Assembly: GCA_013265495.1 (NCBI GenBank)
Contig: MU059330.1
Span: 14,439,237-14,503,236 of the forward strand
Direction of reading: 5' to 3'
DNA: 64,000 nt
Source of the DNA: Vicugna vicugna
Lineage: Eukaryota
Of this stretch, positions 50,735-63,445 are shown one piece after another. Each line of letters begins with the position of its first letter. The first letter of the stretch is position 1. The notes under the pieces are model-generated. The model was not told the origin of the DNA. It saw only the letters and a list, made by a program, of their open reading frames with translations, and did not search any database. A program made the position numbers and the translations under genes.

Positions 50735-51130
50735 CCTGGGGTTGCTGTGACAAAGGACCACAGAATGTTGGCTTAAAACAACAGAATTCATCCTCTCCCA
50801 GTTCTAGGGCTGGAAGTCTGAGATCCAGGTGTGGCTGGGCCACTCCCTCCCTGGGCTCCAGGCTGGGTCCTTCCTGCCTCGTCCAGCTCCTGGTGCTCCA
50901 GGCGTCCCTGGGCTCGTGGCTGCCTCCCTCCAACCTCTGCCTCTGTCTTCACGTGCCTTCTCCTCTGTGTCTCCTCTTACAAGGTCACTGTTGTTGGATT
51001 TAGGGTCACCCTCATCTAGAGCGGTCCCATCCGGAAGTCCTTAACTTGATGACACCAGCAAAGACCCTTCTTCCAAACAAGGTCACGTCCACAGGCTCAG
51101 GGCTGAGGGCGTGAGCACACCTAGTCCAGG
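50735..51130 (-). mobile_element. MLT1 solo LTR, well preserved
   Basis: gggttgctgtgacaaaggaccac...ggcttaaaacaacagaa...ttggatttagggtcaccctcat...tccaaacaaggtcacgtccacagg. Confidence 0.9.
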
Positions 51131-53198
51131 GCCACCACTCACCCACTACTCTTGCCCCTGCGTGGGCCCGCCTGACCCCCAGGTTGGCCGCACTGCTGGG
51201 TTCACGGGGTTGGTAAGGAAGGCGCTGACAGACAGTAGAGGCCGGCTCTGCGGCAGGGGAACTGGGGCCCAAGATGTGGCTCATGGGAAGCCAAGCATCT
51301 TAGCAGAGTGAGTCCCCCCAAAACTGTCAGGTTTGTGGTGGCCCAGAGATGTTCCCACTGTTGAACAGCAACCAGTTCTCCTGAGGGGTGGGGATGACAA
51401 CCCTGGGGGCCCTGCGGCTGCAGTTGGAGACACCCTAACCCCCAGCCCCTTCCCCACTTTCCTTTATTGGAAAGGCTCCTAGCTTAGGCCATCTTTTGAG
51501 GATCGAAAAACTGTCCTTTGTTCTCCCCACCGCCTCCCACCATGTCCTGATCCCCAACCCCACCTGCCCGGCAATGTTCCGGGGCAGCTCCCAGGACAAC
51601 GCAGGATGGAGGATGGGCCACGGCCTGCCTGCAGGTGTAGGGGGAGCCTCGGGAAGATGCCGGCTTTGCCCCGGGAACAGGGAACCGTGTGGCTGTAATT
51701 GTGGTTCTCAGGCTGCTCCGAGGGGCAGGAGGCCCCAACTCTGTGGGCCCTTCCCGGCCAGTGGTCTGAAGCTCCGTGGCCAGCACCTGGGTGGCATCCG
51801 GCTCAGACAGTGCGGTCGGCCCATCCTGTCGGGATCTCCGCAGGGACTGTGAATGGAGGTGCTGGGGGTGGCGGGGCCGTGTCCACGCCGGATGGACTCC
51901 TGAGACCGCCTGTGCTCCGCATTCAGAGAGGCTGCTTTGTGCCCGCCCGGGAGGCTCTCGCTGCCTGGGATGAGTGGTCATTCACATCGAGTGTGGGGCA
52001 GCGATGGAGTGGGTGGCCGTGTTGTGACTGAGATGTGCACAATTGCCAGAGGGCTGCCTTGTAGTCCAAAGACTGACACGAAGAGCTGGCGGTGCGGGGC
52101 GGGTGGCAGGCAGGGCTATGGGCCTGGGACGCCCTGGTTCCCCTAGGGCCATTTATGAGGAGGCTGTGCCCTCGGCAAGGGCAGCCCCAGGGGTGAGGCC
52201 AGCCCGAGGCACTGGGGGCCTGAGCCCTGTGGATGGAGGGGAGCAGGGAAGCAAGCTGGCAGTCGGCGTCCATCCCCTGGGCTTCCAGCCACTTGGTCTT
52301 TGCAGTCACTGTCCCTGCAGAGGACCAGGTGTGGGGCCAATGCCTGCACCTGAAGGGCCTCGCAAGGGGTGGGGTAGGGCAGGGTGTCCCTGGACCAGCT
52401 GACCAGGCGTCCCCTCCTCCGTGGGGGGTCTATTTGGGGCTGTTCCACTGTTCCTCCAGCCCCCTCCCTGTGCCCCTGTCCTGGGACCAAGCCCTGACAC
52501 AGCGCATCTCAGAGGCTGGGCTGCCCTGGGGCTTGTAGGCCCCGCACCTGCTCCTCCTCTGCACACGGGGAGAGAGGCTGGTTCAGCTGGTGTTTCCCAG
52601 AGGGGCTCCCTAGAGGCGGGGGCAGGAGGAGGGTCTCACAGCGCCCGGGGAGGTGGTGTGGTAGGGCTGGAGAGGGTTCCCTGCTCTGGTCCCGGCTCCC
52701 AGACACACTCATCCTGCCACATCTGACACCATCCTTAACCCCCAACCCAAGTGCTCGCGCAGCTCAGCCAGGCCCCCTCCAGCGAGGCTGGGCCATCCGA
52801 CTGTGCCCAGGCCGCCTGGGGGGCCGTCTGTGGATCTGTCTGGTAACATCCAGCAGCTGCGGGCAGAGGCAACTGAGGACACAGGAGAGGTGAGAGGGCT
52901 GGAGGATGGAGAGGTCTTGGGAACTGGAAGGCATCTGCTTCCCAAGGGACAAGGAGCTGGGCCCCACTGGCCTGGTCGGATTACAGAAGTGCCCACAGGT
53001 GAGTGTAGATTATGGGCAGGGTGAGGGGGCTGTGTGGACCCTGGGAGCGAGGTGCTGAGAGCTGGTTTGCGGGAGCCAGGTAGTGGAGGGGCATTTACAC
53101 CTGTGGAAGGAGGAGAACACTCCATCTTTACTTTCAGGGCAGACCCACATTCTGCTCCAGGAAGTGGAACTGGGAGAAGCTGTTGTTGCCTTTAATAC

Positions 53199-53340
53199 CA
53201 CACCTGGCCCTGCTCGTCGACACACCTGGCCCGGCTCAGACACACCTGGCCCGGCTCACAGACACACCTGGCCCTGCTCGCCGACACACCTGGCCCTGCT
53301 CACAGACACACCTGGCCCGGCTCAGACACACCCGGCCCTG
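53199..53340. repeat. 20-22 bp minisatellite, about 7 units (CACACCTGGCCC(T/G)GCTC..GA)
   Basis: Direct tandem copies visible in TPPP intron 1. Confidence 0.95.
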
Positions 53341-53878
53341 TTGCAAGCACATCACTACTATGGATTTCCGGCCTCCCTGGGGGAAGGGTGCTGGTGTGGA
53401 TGCAGAAGCTGTGACCGTGATGTGTAGGGTCTGTTCTGGGTAAACTTTTCTATAGGTTTGGCTTCAGGTAGTCAAGTAGTCAAGTCTAAAGGGCCTTGTC
53501 CAGGAGAGTCATTCTGATACAGGCCTCACCCTGGTGCCTCTTTGGAGCATAGGCAGCCCGGGAGGGAGAGGTGGGCGGGGGGACCACGTGGCATCTGAGA
53601 CAGCCCCGCCCCTGGGTAGGACGGTCCCTGGGGCCTGATGGACACTTGTGGACCAGGCTCCCCAGGCCCGCAGGTCCTGCAGCTCCTGGAGCTCTGTGGT
53701 CTGTCACTCCCCCTCAAGGCCTGCCCTGGCCTCTCCAAGCCTCCTTTGAAAATGCGAATCCAGTAAAACACCCACTGTGCGCACTTCATCAGGCCTCTCC
53801 TCCTGAGCCCTGGGGTTGCTGTGCCTCAGCAGGACCTGGCCAGCGGCACTCTGCGCCGGCCCCCCCCACCTCACAGGT

Positions 53879-54025
53879 CTGTCCACCTGCTCATCCCTCC
53901 TGCCCGGAGAGCAGGTTCCCCTTCCCCCGTCTGCTGCTGGGCTGGCATTCTGTCCACCTGCTCTCCTGCTCATCCCTCCTGCCCGGAGAGCAGGTTCCCC
54001 TTCCCCCGTCTGCTGCTGGGCTGGC
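53879..54025. repeat. Tandem duplication with an identical 61-nt core (53886-53946, 53965-54025)
   Basis: cctgctcatccctcctgcccggagagcaggttccccttcccccgtctgctgctgggctggc occurs twice. Confidence 0.95.
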
Positions 54026-56911
54026 GCCTGCATCTCACAGGCCCGTCCCGGGACTCTGGCCACCTCCTCACGCTGGGGTCCTCGCCCTCTGTGCCCCTCC
54101 TCCTCCCTCCCATATAGGCACGCACCCAGGAGTCCACGGTCCGTGCAGGGAAGCAGGTGGGTGAGGGCCAGGAGAGAGACTGGTTTTTTTGTCTGGGAAC
54201 CTGGGTGTTGAAAACTGGAACGTGAATTTAGTCTGTTGGGGCCTCCCCAGGCTGCCGACAATCCTCACAGTGAGGGAGCTGGGCATCCGGGCCACTGTAC
54301 CTGCAGCCGCCAGAATGACACCTGGTGCAGGGCACACAGCCCACACCTGGGAGGCCCTCTCTTTAACACTGCACCTGGCAGCCTCTTCTACTAAGTGACT
54401 TTGTTTCTCCTGACAAAAGTGGGGCAGCGCAGGTGGGAAGGGGGGCAAGAGTAAGCCCGCCCCGAGTTTCCCCCAAGCGTGTGGGGGCAGGAACGTGGCG
54501 GGGGGGCTGCCTCCCTGGGGAGGAGTCAGACGGAGGGGCAGCAGGGAGGGAGGGCCCAGCAGGCCAACGTCAGTGAGGAAGGGTCTCTCTGGGCACCTGC
54601 GTATCCCAGAAACCTCTGGCTGAGTCCCCATTTCTTTCACAGTTAAGTTCATTCTGTCATCACAGAAACAGCACAGGGGTTCAGTGAAGCAGCTCAGACG
54701 TGGGAAGCAGGAGGGCAGAGAGCAGAGACACGGGTGTGGGGCCTCTTTCTCTGCTCGCCTGCCTCCTGCTCTTCCCTGGACGACAGTGACCTTGGACGTA
54801 GGGTCTCACTCCTGCTGTTTTTGTTAAAATTCAGTGTGTTGCACTAAGGTAGCACCTGTTGACAGTGGAGGTGAGTGCCCAGGACAGGAGCTCAGTTGTG
54901 CTGAGAGCAGCACCCAGAGATTCCTAAGTGGAGACCCACCCGCAGCCCAGGTCGGCGCCGAGGCCGCAGCTCTTGGGGTGCAGGTTATGAGCGGCCGAGC
55001 CCGGCTGGGGCTGGGGGGGCTCTGCTCCTCCACCTCGTGAACCTCGTGTGGTTCCGTGCCGCCACCCCACCTCCGGCCAAGACCCTGGCATCGCCGAGAT
55101 CCTAGCCCACGGCCCCCTCCTCTAAGCTGATCTCACCCGCCTGAGTTTCTGCTCCGAGTGCTTCCGATCTGACCCATTTGTTTACTGGCTTATCACCTGT
55201 GCCCAAGCAGGAGGCCAGCTCCATGTTGGATGGGTAACTTGTAGTATCTTTGAGTCCTTCGGACTTTGTTTACGGTGGAGGCTGATGGCCAAGCATGTTA
55301 GAACTGTGCGTGGAGCACGGGTTGGCAGCTGGGGGCATCCTGAGTGGGGGCTGGGGGTGCGCAAGCACTTGTGGGGTCCCCCACGGCCCCCTCTCTTCCT
55401 TCTCAGGGGCCCTGGCGCCCAGGTGCTCAGGTGACCTGTGGGTGCCCAGAGTGCAGGCTCGGCCTGGACCCCTGCGTCCTAACTGTCGGCACTTGTAGGA
55501 TCTGCATAGTCGAGGACATCGTGGGCAGAGCTCCCTGCCACCCAGCTGACCTGCACCTGCCTCTCAGCCTCTGCTGCTCCTGCTCCACCGTCCTGACGGG
55601 AGTACCCCCGAATCTGAGGCTCATAAAGTGGTCCTCACCAGCTGTGTGCCATGCTTACCAGCCACTAATGCTTCCAGTGATTTCCCAGCAGCATCTGCGA
55701 CTTGGGCGTCGGGAGCCGATGCCCGAGGTGAACTCAGGGCCAGTCCCACAGCAGTTCTGGTTTCAGAGAAATGGAGCCGAGATAACACCTGAGCAGTTCC
55801 GGCGACACCCAAGGCGCTGGTGGCCTTGGTGACTGTCCCTGGAGAGCACTCTGCGACCTGGCGGGTGTGCCCCATGGGTGACGGCACCGCCCTGGGGACG
55901 AGAGGAGTCCTGGCGGTTCCGGGGTGACTTTTTCACGGTCCTTCTCCTCACCTGCTCCACCCTCGAGGAGGGGAGTAGCAGGCACCCTGGCCCTGTGGAC
56001 GGTCATCTCTCTGACTGCTGGGGGACTTGTGGGTCCTAAGATTGGCAGGGCCCTCCCGACCCCCGTGGTGTGGGGCTGCGTGCTTCCTCTACCTTAACTT
56101 GGACCTGAGGGTTTCCAGTGAAGCTGTCCGTGGCCCTGACCGTCCAGCCGGACCCTGAGCTTGTGCCGGTCTGCGTCTCTCCTCCCACTGACCCCACAGT
56201 GGTTCTCAGTGAGGCCACTGCTCCCTGGGAGTCAGGCTCTCAGGGTCCTGCCCCGTCCACCAGCCGCGACTCTGTGGGCACGGTGCTCAGCCTGGGCTCC
56301 CCAAATCTGCCAGGGTGGATGGTTTCTGTCTCCTCAGCCCCACGGGGACCCAGCTTTGGGGGCTCCCAACTTGAGGGCCCCATGTCAGCCTCACCCACGG
56401 CCTGAGGCCCCCACCCTGGGCCTGGGGCACAGCTGCGCTCAGCCTTCAGGGTCTGCACAGACCCCCTACCCACGCCCGGGGCCTCTCTCTCCCACCAGCA
56501 CCCAGCTTGGCCGTCCGGGTGGGGGCGCCCTGGTCAGCAGGCTCCGCCCTCGAGCGGGGGACAGCGGTGTGACCTGTTCTGGGTCCCCTCCCTGAGGACA
56601 GTGTCACCCCATGGATGCTGGGAAGGGTGTCACCTGGGGAGTCCCCAGGGCAGGAGTGCCTGGGCAGCACCAGAGAGGGGCCCTGAGCCTCACGGCTGAG
56701 GCTCTGACTTCGGGGACGCTGGCGCTGGAGGGCCACGTGTGTCCAGAGCAGGTGGATGCTCACCAGCCCGCGGTTCTGCAGTTGCTCTGCCCCCGTGGGG
56801 CCCGAGGGCTCTGCTGTGACACGCGCTGGTGGCCTCCTGTCCACGAGTGGCAGCAGAGGGCCTTGGGCAGCTGCTGCAGAGGGTGACCTCTTGTCCCTTC
56901 CTCCCAGCAGG

Positions 56912-57228
56912 ATGGCTGACGGCAAGCCCAGGCCCGCCAAGCCCGCCAACAAGACGCCCCCCAAGTCCCCAGGGGACCCTGCCAAGGACAAGGCGGCCAA
57001 GAGGCTGTCGCTGGAGTCAGAGGGTGCTGGTGAGGGGGCGGCCGCTGCGGGCCCGGAGCTCACCGCCCTGGAGGAGGCCTTCCGGAGGTTCGCGGTGCAT
57101 GGGGACACCAGGGCCAGCGGGAGGGAGATGCACGGCAAGAACTGGACCAAACTGTGCAGGGACTGCCAGGTGATCGACGGCAGGAGTGTCACCGTCACCG
57201 ACGTGGACATCGTCTTCAGCAAGATCAA
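56912..57228 (+). CDS. TPPP: TPPP (p25-alpha) first coding exon ([10 protein letters not shown]...VDIVFSKIK)
   Basis: TPPKSP and KRLSLE phosphosites, zinc motif H-x10-H-x7-C-x2-C, cagcag acceptor, AA|gtaagc donor. Confidence 0.98.
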
Positions 57229-60200
57229 GTAAGCGTGTGCCAGCTGCGCGGGGCCCCAGGGCTCCGCAGCCCCTCGGAAGAAGGTGCCAGGAGGGAGTCT
57301 GAACCAGGCAACGCCGGAGCGGGGCGGGGGCCCACCGGGTGCTGGGGGGCAGCTCTGAGAGGCGGGGTGCCTGGGGCGCAGCCGGGAGCCCGACCCACTG
57401 TGCGCTCGCTCAGCCTTGGGGGAAGAGCAAGGGTGACAACCTGGGCTCCACCGGCTCCCTGGAGACTCAGTGGCATGCGTGGGTGCTTGTCCGCGCTCAG
57501 CCTCTCCTGGGAGCACGCAAGGCGTTCTTACGTCCCCTCCCCTTCTCTTGCCGTCCACACCCGTGACCACACCCGAGAAAGACCACTTGACACCAGGTCC
57601 TTGTTGCTGGAAACATGATACGTCCAGACACGTGCACACACGTAGATCTCACGTCTCCACATCCTTGGTCACGGCTCGTCCAGATGATGGACGTTCTGGT
57701 CAGGCCCTGGAGACCCTGTGTGCAGGAGTCACGGGCAGTGGAGGGACCCGGGGGGTGCCGGCACCCCATGACTGGGCATGGGGAGGGGGGCCCTGTCTGG
57801 CCCAGGTCCTGCTCCAGAAAGCAGGACATTTAAGGGTGGAGGCTTGGCTCTAGACTCTGAGGCACAAGGGGCTCCAAGCTGCAGAGCCCTGAACTGCTCT
57901 GGACCCCCGGCATCTGCCTCAGCTCACCGCATGGACACCATCTGGGGAAGCGGGCATCTGCAGCCCCAGCCCAGCGAGGGGTCGTGGCTACTTCCCCGCT
58001 GCCCTCCTGCAGCCTGGACTGCCTGTGGGGGCCCTGTGACCTGTGTCCCGCCTGGGAGCGCCCTGTCTGCAGGGAGGGTACCCAGCCCTTCCAGGTGTGC
58101 GGGAGTGAGGGACCTGCATGCACGCCCTTGTCCTCAGGAGTGGGACCCGGGGGGCTGGGCCCTGGCTGGGGTCCCCTGGGGGGCCAGGTCTGAGGCCGGT
58201 GGTGGGTGGTGGGGCCTGGGACCCTGGCTGCTCCACGTGGCAGCCCCGGCAGAAGCGCGGCACTGTGGAGCGCGGACTAGGGCAGCTGTTTTGTTTGGGG
58301 CGGTTGCCGTGGCTCCCCGGCCCTGCCGCCCGCCCGCCCGGTGTCTGCAGCCTTTGTTTGGCCGTCGTCAGGGCAGCGCTTGCTTGTTTTGATGTTACCA
58401 TGTGTGAAGTTCTAAACAAATTCTAGCCGCTCTGCCCGAGGCCTTGTTGAAGACTATTGTTTCCAGGACAGGCGCTCCCCGTCCGCCCCGCCTCCCGGCC
58501 CGAAACACTAATTACTCAGACTCTGTTCCCACCAGCAGGAGTGCCACTCTGACGGGGGCAAAGGCTGCCTTTCCTGGCCATGCACCTGCCGGCTCTCTGG
58601 GAACTGAGTGAACGGCAGCCACGTCCGGGTTGCAGGTTAGGAGGATGCAGGCCACTGGGGACGCTGCTCCCTCGTGACACACAGGCCTCGGGGTGGGCAC
58701 GGCTGCAGCAGGGAGCTCAGGTGTCAGCAGAGACCCAGGCCTGGAGCCCACACCACCCGCCACACAGGAGACGCCCCGCCTGAGCGACTGTGGGTGGCAG
58801 GTGGGGTGGGCAGGGCTCTGTGTCATGTGTCATCCCAGACATGCCAGTGGGACATGCGTCTCCACAGCCTGGAGCCTGGGGCGGCACCTGCTGGGTGCCC
58901 GGTGCCAGCCTGGGAAGGCAGCGGTGTGTGGACCCTTGGACCCTGATCCCAGCTCCTACTGCTGGATTGGGTCTCAGTGTCCTTCTTGGTGGCGGGGGGG
59001 CGCCCGGCGTGTGTGCCGGGGACAGGGCCGGGGCAGGAATCGGGAAATGCCCGTCAGTGTCCATGTTGGACGCTGCACACGCGGGTCGTACAAGAGGATG
59101 ACCGCCCCCAAACACCCAGAGGCAGTTTTGCTGACCTCAGGTGCACCTGCCCCCAAGGCCCAGCCTGCCCGAGGCTCACAGGGGTCGGGGAGCTCAGGAC
59201 GTGCTTTCCTGCTCAGAGCCACTGAATGCTAGGGTCACAGCTGCACATCGCGGCTCGGGCCCTCGGCAGCCAGGCCTGCGGTGGGAGCGGCCTCCTTCCA
59301 GGCTCCCAGCAGTGCTGTCACTGGGTCGCCGGGCTAGCAGGGGAAGGCCAGGGAGGGGCGCCCGCGCAGCAGGGAGCTGGTGTCTGCCTGCTCCCAGGCC
59401 TGGCAGCAGGCACGTTACCCAGGCTGGGCTTCCCCACAGCCTCCACCCTCACCCCTGCTGGCCTGGGGCTCTCCTTCCACACCGTTTCCTGCTCTCTGGA
59501 CGGGTTGTCCGGGTCCCAGCTTCTGCTGGCTGGGGGACCTGAGAGTCAGCTCTCTCCGACTGCTGAAGTGGCAGGTTATCTATGGTGACCAGAGGGGCCC
59601 TGGCTCCATCCTGGGGTGTGTCGGCCAAAGTCCAGGGGCCTTTGTGGTGTTGGCCCTGGAGGCACAGGCGCCTGTCCTTGGAGGGCTGTGCTGACCCCCC
59701 ACCCGGGCCCCCGGCACCCCTGGCTGCCTGCACTGTCCCCGGGTGACCTGCAGAGTGGCTGGCCCCAACCCCGCCTGCCCTGAGCTGGGCCTGGAGGTCT
59801 GGGGACAGGGCCTGGGAGGCACTGCTCACACGGCCTCGTGTGTGACCGGTGACCCCGTTACTGTGGGGGCTGGCTTTCGGGCAGAACAGCAGCCTCCTGG
59901 CAGGGTGCTGGCTGCCCTGGCGCTGAGCTAAGAGAGGAGGGGGTTTGGTTGTGTGGACTCTGGAGAACAGGACCGCCCTGTGTCCAGAGAGCCGTGTGAA
60001 GTGACCGAGTGTCTCAGGGAAGAGACCGGCATTGTCACCCGAGAACTTCCCAGTCGCTGCTCTCAGCAGCGGGCGGCAGGTCCCCGAGTGAGAGCTCCCC
60101 GCCAGCCCGGACTGGCTCTGAGACCCTGCCTGGTGGCCATGGCAGGGACATGTGGGGACACCGGGGCTGGCCAGGTGGAGTGGGTGGGTCAGGGTGCTGG

Positions 60201-60799
60201 GCCCACGTGTCCCCTCGATCTGAATGTGGCTTCTGACAGAGGCCCCATGGCCGTCTCCCCACCCCTCCCCGAGTGACTCACACTGGTGGCGCCTGGTGCC
60301 GCGGCGCCCCGCGAGGGCTGCGTGTTCTGGGCTGGTCACCGGGCTGGCAGTCAGGCCGGGCGTCCGTGAATAGAGACAGGAGCGTCTTTGACGACCCAGG
60401 ACAAACAAACGGGACAGGGCCGCAGAGGGCCAGTGACCAGTGGGGCCTGACAGGTTCCCCGCCCACGGTGATGACTGAGCCACGCTGCCCGGGAGGGCCC
60501 GCCCTGGGACCCAGCCGGCCCGCACTGCTGAGGCTGGCCTTTGCCAGGCTCAGTGGGTCTGATGAGGCCTGCGGTCCTTGTGGGACAAGTGTCCCTCCCG
60601 ACAGCCATCCAGGCCTATGGGCTCCGTCCCTGCTCCTCTCCCATGGGGCCTCCCTGCGGCCAGGTGGGCTGTGTCCCCCGCTACCTGACGTCGGCATGCC
60701 CCACGTCTCCAGACGTGTCCAGTGTGTGAGAGTGCCCGCGTGAGCTGGAGTCATACTGAGGTGTGTTCGTTGGTTCACGGCTGGTGGACACCTGGGCTG

Positions 60800-61620
60800 G
60801 TTCTGAGCTCTGGTGACAACAGAACACAAGCGACGGGGTGGGAACACGCACAGGGGCACGTGTGAACTCGCTCTCACTCCTCTTGACTGCGACTGGTCGG
60901 GTCACAGGGCCGGGCGTGCGCACGACCTTTGTAAGAAACTGCCAAGTGCCTTCCCAGTGGACGCCACGTCGTGGCTCCGGGGCCCGGCCCGCAGCCTCCA
61001 CACCGGGGTCGTCATTTACCCCCGGGCTCCTCCCTTGCCCGCGGCTTTAGCCCGATCTCCCTGACGACAGGGACGCGGCGCCCTCCACGTGCCGGCCGCA
61101 CCCACAGGTCTCCTCTGACGAAGTGTCAGGCCCGGACCCTTCCCCAGCCTGCAGGCGGGTTTTCCTCACTGTCCGGTGTGAGAGTTCCATGCTACTTCAG
61201 ACAAGAGCCCTCGGCGGGGCGCTCCTCCGTCTGCGGCTTGTCTGTTAATTCTCCTAACAGTTGTCTTCTGAAGCGCACAGTCCTAAAAACTCGGGTCAAG
61301 TCCAATTCATGTTTTTTCTTTCATGGACTGTTTTTTGGTGTCACTTCTAAGAAATGTCTGCCTAAGCCAAGGTCACCAAGGCTCTCCCAGGTGTCCTTCC
61401 GGAAGTTCCAGTTTGGCCTCACACTGCGCGCAGGGCCGTGGCCACGTGGGGCTAGTCACACGCGGCGCAAGGCACAGACAAGCCCTTTCCTCACGCGGCT
61501 GCTGTGGCCTCATCTGGTGAAGAGCCGGCCCCTACCCCCTGCTTCTGCACCTTTGTGGAAAACCCGGACGTGGGCCCGTTTCTGACCGTCCTGTCGCCAG
61601 CCTGGGGGCTGTCCTGCGGC
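60800..61620 (-). mobile_element. GC-drifted L1 remnant in TPPP intron 2
   Basis: gtcacttctaagaaatgtctgcctaagccaaggtcacc is an antisense L1 ORF2 3' motif. Confidence 0.6.
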
Positions 61621-62486
61621 TTTGCAGACTCTCGAGGTGCCTCCGTCCCCTGGCTGTCGCGGGCCCTCTGGGCACCGGCGCCGGGCTGTCCTCCAGTCCT
61701 TGGCTCCTGTGGGCAGTCCTTCAATAACGGTTCCGAGCCAGTGTCCCTGGGGGGCCTCCCCACACCTTCACTTCCTGTAAAACTGTGAAATCCTCCCTGA
61801 ATGGATTAGCTGGGGAAGATCTGGTCAAAGTGGCAAAACTTTTCCAGTTAAAATGATCAGATATGAAGAGCCAGTGTAGAGCTGTTTTGAAATTGTGGGG
61901 CTGACTTACCAGGGTTCTGGGTGGCCACAGACCATGTTTGGGTGAGCGCTGCTCCCGTGGGCTGGCGCCGGTCGCCCCAGCGGCGTTAGCGGTGGGGCAG
62001 CGAGTCCCGGGGAGGTTGGCCCCCATCCTGTTCCTGTGTGGTGACTGGGCCCCCACCCACGGGTGACCCCTGCACAGGCCGGTGGCCCCTGTGTGGTTGG
62101 AGTCTGACGAGCTTCTCACCGACTTTCCCTCTGGATGTCCGTCTCTGACCGAGGCCACACACACCTGTCTTAGAACCAAACGAGGGTGTTCAGTCATTTG
62201 TAAAGGACATGCTTCCTTTAGGCTTTTTTCCAAGACAGTTTGTATTTGCTGCCGCTGCCGCTGGTGACCGGCTGTTGGGCGTAATCGCTAGACAGGGGCG
62301 GGGAGGGGCGGGCGTGCTCTCGGCTGCAGGAGGGGCAGGGTGGGGTCCCCCAAAGCCACCAGGTCCCGAGTGGAGGGTGCCCCAGGTTGCCGGGTGGTCG
62401 GGTCGCGGCCCAGCGACTGCTGGCGCCTCGTCACCGTTGGGGGGGTGTGGGCCTGGCAGGCGCCCCCTGAGCCCCTCTCCCTGCAG

Positions 62487-62640
62487 GGGTAAGTCCTGCC
62501 GGACCATCACGTTCGAGCAGTTCAAGGAGGCGCTGGAGGAGCTCGCCAAGAAGAGATTCAAAGACAAGAGCAGCGAGGAGGCCATCCGCGAGGTGCACCG
62601 GCTCATCGAGGGCAAGGCCCCCGTCATCTCGGGGGTGACG
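62487..62640 (+). CDS. TPPP: TPPP second coding exon ([12 protein letters not shown]...PVISGVT)
   Basis: p25-alpha core; ctgcag acceptor, ACG|gtgagt donor, 154 nt. Confidence 0.98.
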
Positions 62641-62760
62641 GTGAGTGCAGTGGGTGCAGGCAGGTCCAGGGACGGAGGGCAGAAGCGTGGGCCATGGCGG
62701 GGCCCTTGGGCTGACTCTCCCTGTGGCTCCACCAACCGCTCCCACCCTGCTCTCTTGCAG

Positions 62761-62955
62761 AAAGCCATCTCCTCGCCCACCGTGTCGCGGCTCACGGACA
62801 CCACCAAGTTCACGGGCTCCCACAAGGAGCGCTTCGACCCATCTGGCAGGGGCAAGGGCAGGGCGGGCCGCGTGGACCTGGTGGACGAGTCGGGCTACGT
62901 GCCGGGCTACAAGCACGCGGGCACCTACGACCAGAAGGTGCAGGGGGGCAAGTAG
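62761..62955 (+). CDS. TPPP: TPPP last coding exon ([25 protein letters not shown]...DQKVQGGK*)
   Basis: [14 protein letters not shown] and GxGxxG motifs; TAG at 62953-62955; CDS totals 666 nt (221 aa). Confidence 0.98.
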   Translation, partial: KAISSPTVSRLTDTTKFTGSHKERFDPSGRGKGRAGRVDLVDESGYVPGYKHAGTYDQKVQGGK

Positions 62956-63399
62956 CCGGCGGGGCCTCCCCACCGCCCGGTCCCCGCAGCCTCTCACTTC
63001 GTTACATTCCTGTGCTCTCGGGCAGAACGTGGACGTGGGGCGCCAGCCCTCCCTCCTGCCCAGACCCCAGCTTTCCTCGACCCCAGCACTCACCTCTTCT
63101 CACACACCTGCCTCGTCCCTGCTGGGAAGTGGACAGACGGCCCTTTCCCAAGTGTGTCCCAGGGCCAGCCTGCACCGGCCATCTGGTGTGCAGGCAAAAG
63201 GGGCGTCTTCACAGAGCTGGTGGGACAGACCCGGTTGAGGCTGTGCTGACCTGCTGACCCGGGGCCGTGAGGGCAGCCGAGCCAGCGCACTAGCCGGCAG
63301 CACCAGCAAAGCGGAGGGAAACCTGAACAGGACGCCGCCGTGCCTGGGGGGTCCCGTGCAGGTGGGGGGGGGGCTGGGCACGCCGGCACACGCTTGCAC

Positions 63400-63445
63400 A
63401 CCCACGCACACATGTGCACACACACACACAGGTGCACACACCCAC
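63400..63445. repeat. Interrupted (CA)n in the TPPP 3' UTR
   Basis: cccacgcacacatgtgcacacacacacacaggtgcacacaccc. Confidence 0.85.

Noticed and set aside
33661-56911. ZDHHC11-TPPP read-through fusion
   Set aside because: The genes are tandem and same-strand, but the exon 13 donor (phase 1) is out of frame with the TPPP ATG, and a good AATAAA and the TPPP promoter lie between them; no positive evidence.
56446-57639. 397-aa minus-strand ORF
   Set aside because: Antisense shadow of TPPP exon 2 in very GC-rich DNA where stops are rare; low-complexity P/A/G/S/R composition with no recognisable domain.
59449-60525. 358-aa minus-strand ORF in TPPP intron 2
   Set aside because: GC-driven composition, GTG/TTG-type predicted start, no motif or supporting splice structure.
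62800-62900. K-to-R changes in the TPPP glycine-rich loop ([10 protein letters not shown]) and in KLCRDC
   Set aside because: As I recall, bovine TPPP has the same residues, so this looks like artiodactyl divergence rather than a novelty.
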